From Podarcis liolepis (taxonomy: Eukaryota): a stretch of 64,000 nt of DNA. Below the pieces are notes generated by a model. It saw nothing but the letters and a program-made list of their open reading frames with translations. It was not told the origin of the DNA and searched no databases. The translations under genes were made by a program, and so were the position numbers. This document shows, in pieces, positions 63,124 through 64,000 of this stretch. The stretch is taken from the NCBI GenBank assembly GCA_965112155.1, contig OZ218103.1. The stretch is one strand, 5' to 3'. Each line of letters starts with the position of its first letter. Positions within the stretch are counted from its first letter, which is position 1.

Positions 63124-63475
63124 GTAAAGGTAAAGGGACCCCTGACCATTAGGTCCAGTCGTGACCGACTCTGGGGTTGCGGCACTCATCTCGCTTTATT
63201 GGCCAAAGGAGCCAGTGTACAGCTTCTGGGTCATGTGGCCAGCATGACTAAGCTGCTTCTGGCGAACCAGAGCAGCACATGGAAACGCTGTTTACCTTCC
63301 CACTGGAGTGGTACCTATTTATCTACTTGCACTTTGACGTGCTTTTGAACTGCTAGGTTGGCAGGAGCAGGGACCGAGCAACGGGAGCTCACCCCGTCAC
63401 GGGGATTCGAACTGCCGACCTTCTGATCGGCAAGTCCTAGGCTCTGTGGTTTAATCCACAGTGCCACCCGCGTCC
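63124..63475 (-). mobile_element. Sauria SINE
   Basis: Full length. TSD-like gatctatcta. Confidence 0.95.
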
Positions 63476-63954
63476 TGAGATCTATCTACCCCTTCCTTAT
63501 TGCAACAGAAGAAGTTACGCATAGAGAGGGACCTAACCAAACATGCTGTTCTTCATAACCATGTGTGAATGTGAGGAGATGGGGTGGCAACAATACTCTA
63601 AACCCACAGCTTTCATTCTGATGTGAAACATGAACCTTCCTTCACTGTTGCTGTTGTTTTACAAGGGTATTCTGGAAAACCATTTCACCTGTGAACATTT
63701 AAACTACTTATTAATTTATTTGAACTCCTAGACCCCCATCTTTCAGTATTTCTGCTCCCAGCCAGACTAAAACATAATGACTAATCATTAGGAACTGCAA
63801 GACAACATCTCAGAACAATAAATTAGAGGTCCATTTGCCTCTGAAATTCCTCACTTTGATCTTGTGTTTTTGAGCATAATGTGCATGTGCATGATAGCAA
63901 AGGATAGCATTAGGCAAAATGGCATTATAGTGGCGGTGGGAGATGCAAATTATT

Positions 63955-64000
63955 TGGAAACGATGCCTTATGAGGAACGGCTAAGGGAGCTGGGCATGTT
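63955..64000 (+). mobile_element. start of a 5'-truncated young CR1 (continues beyond the window)
   Basis: tggaaacgatgccttatgaggaacggctaagggagctgggcatgtt is the exact reverse complement of about 24294-24339 ([14 protein letters not shown]). Confidence 0.9.

Overview
This is eukaryotic (vertebrate) non-coding DNA. Its repeat content (Sauria SINEs with (ACCTTT)n tails, BovB, CR1, L1, L2, Squam-type SINEs) points to a squamate, most likely a lacertid lizard (inference). I found no intact host protein-coding gene. The window opens on a donor-like GTATGTAAGT and looks like the first 64 kb of a very large + strand intron. Its first 1.2 kb holds a candidate alternative promoter/first exon, and several homeodomain-rich enhancer-like blocks follow. 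The only real protein-coding ORFs are 5'-truncated retrotransposon fragments (BovB RT, CR1 ORF2). Most notable: (1) Penelope-like (PLE) terminal repeats carrying minimal type I hammerhead ribozymes, including a 425-bp palindrome (205-bp arms) with one ribozyme on each strand at 9.8-10.2 kb and a solo copy at 33.1-33.3 kb; (2) a second PLE family and an unclassified hairpin with the same TSD/inverted-arm/extension architecture; (3) a composite BovB insertion that has captured 140 bp of flank from an inverted BovB copy 9 kb away; (4) many short DNA transposons (hAT with 8-bp TSDs, including an OC1-like copy; Tigger/pogo-like with TA TSDs; Harbinger-like with TTA TSDs), some with nested SINEs. 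There is one assembly gap (54148-54320). Family names come from recalled consensus sequences, not from database searches.
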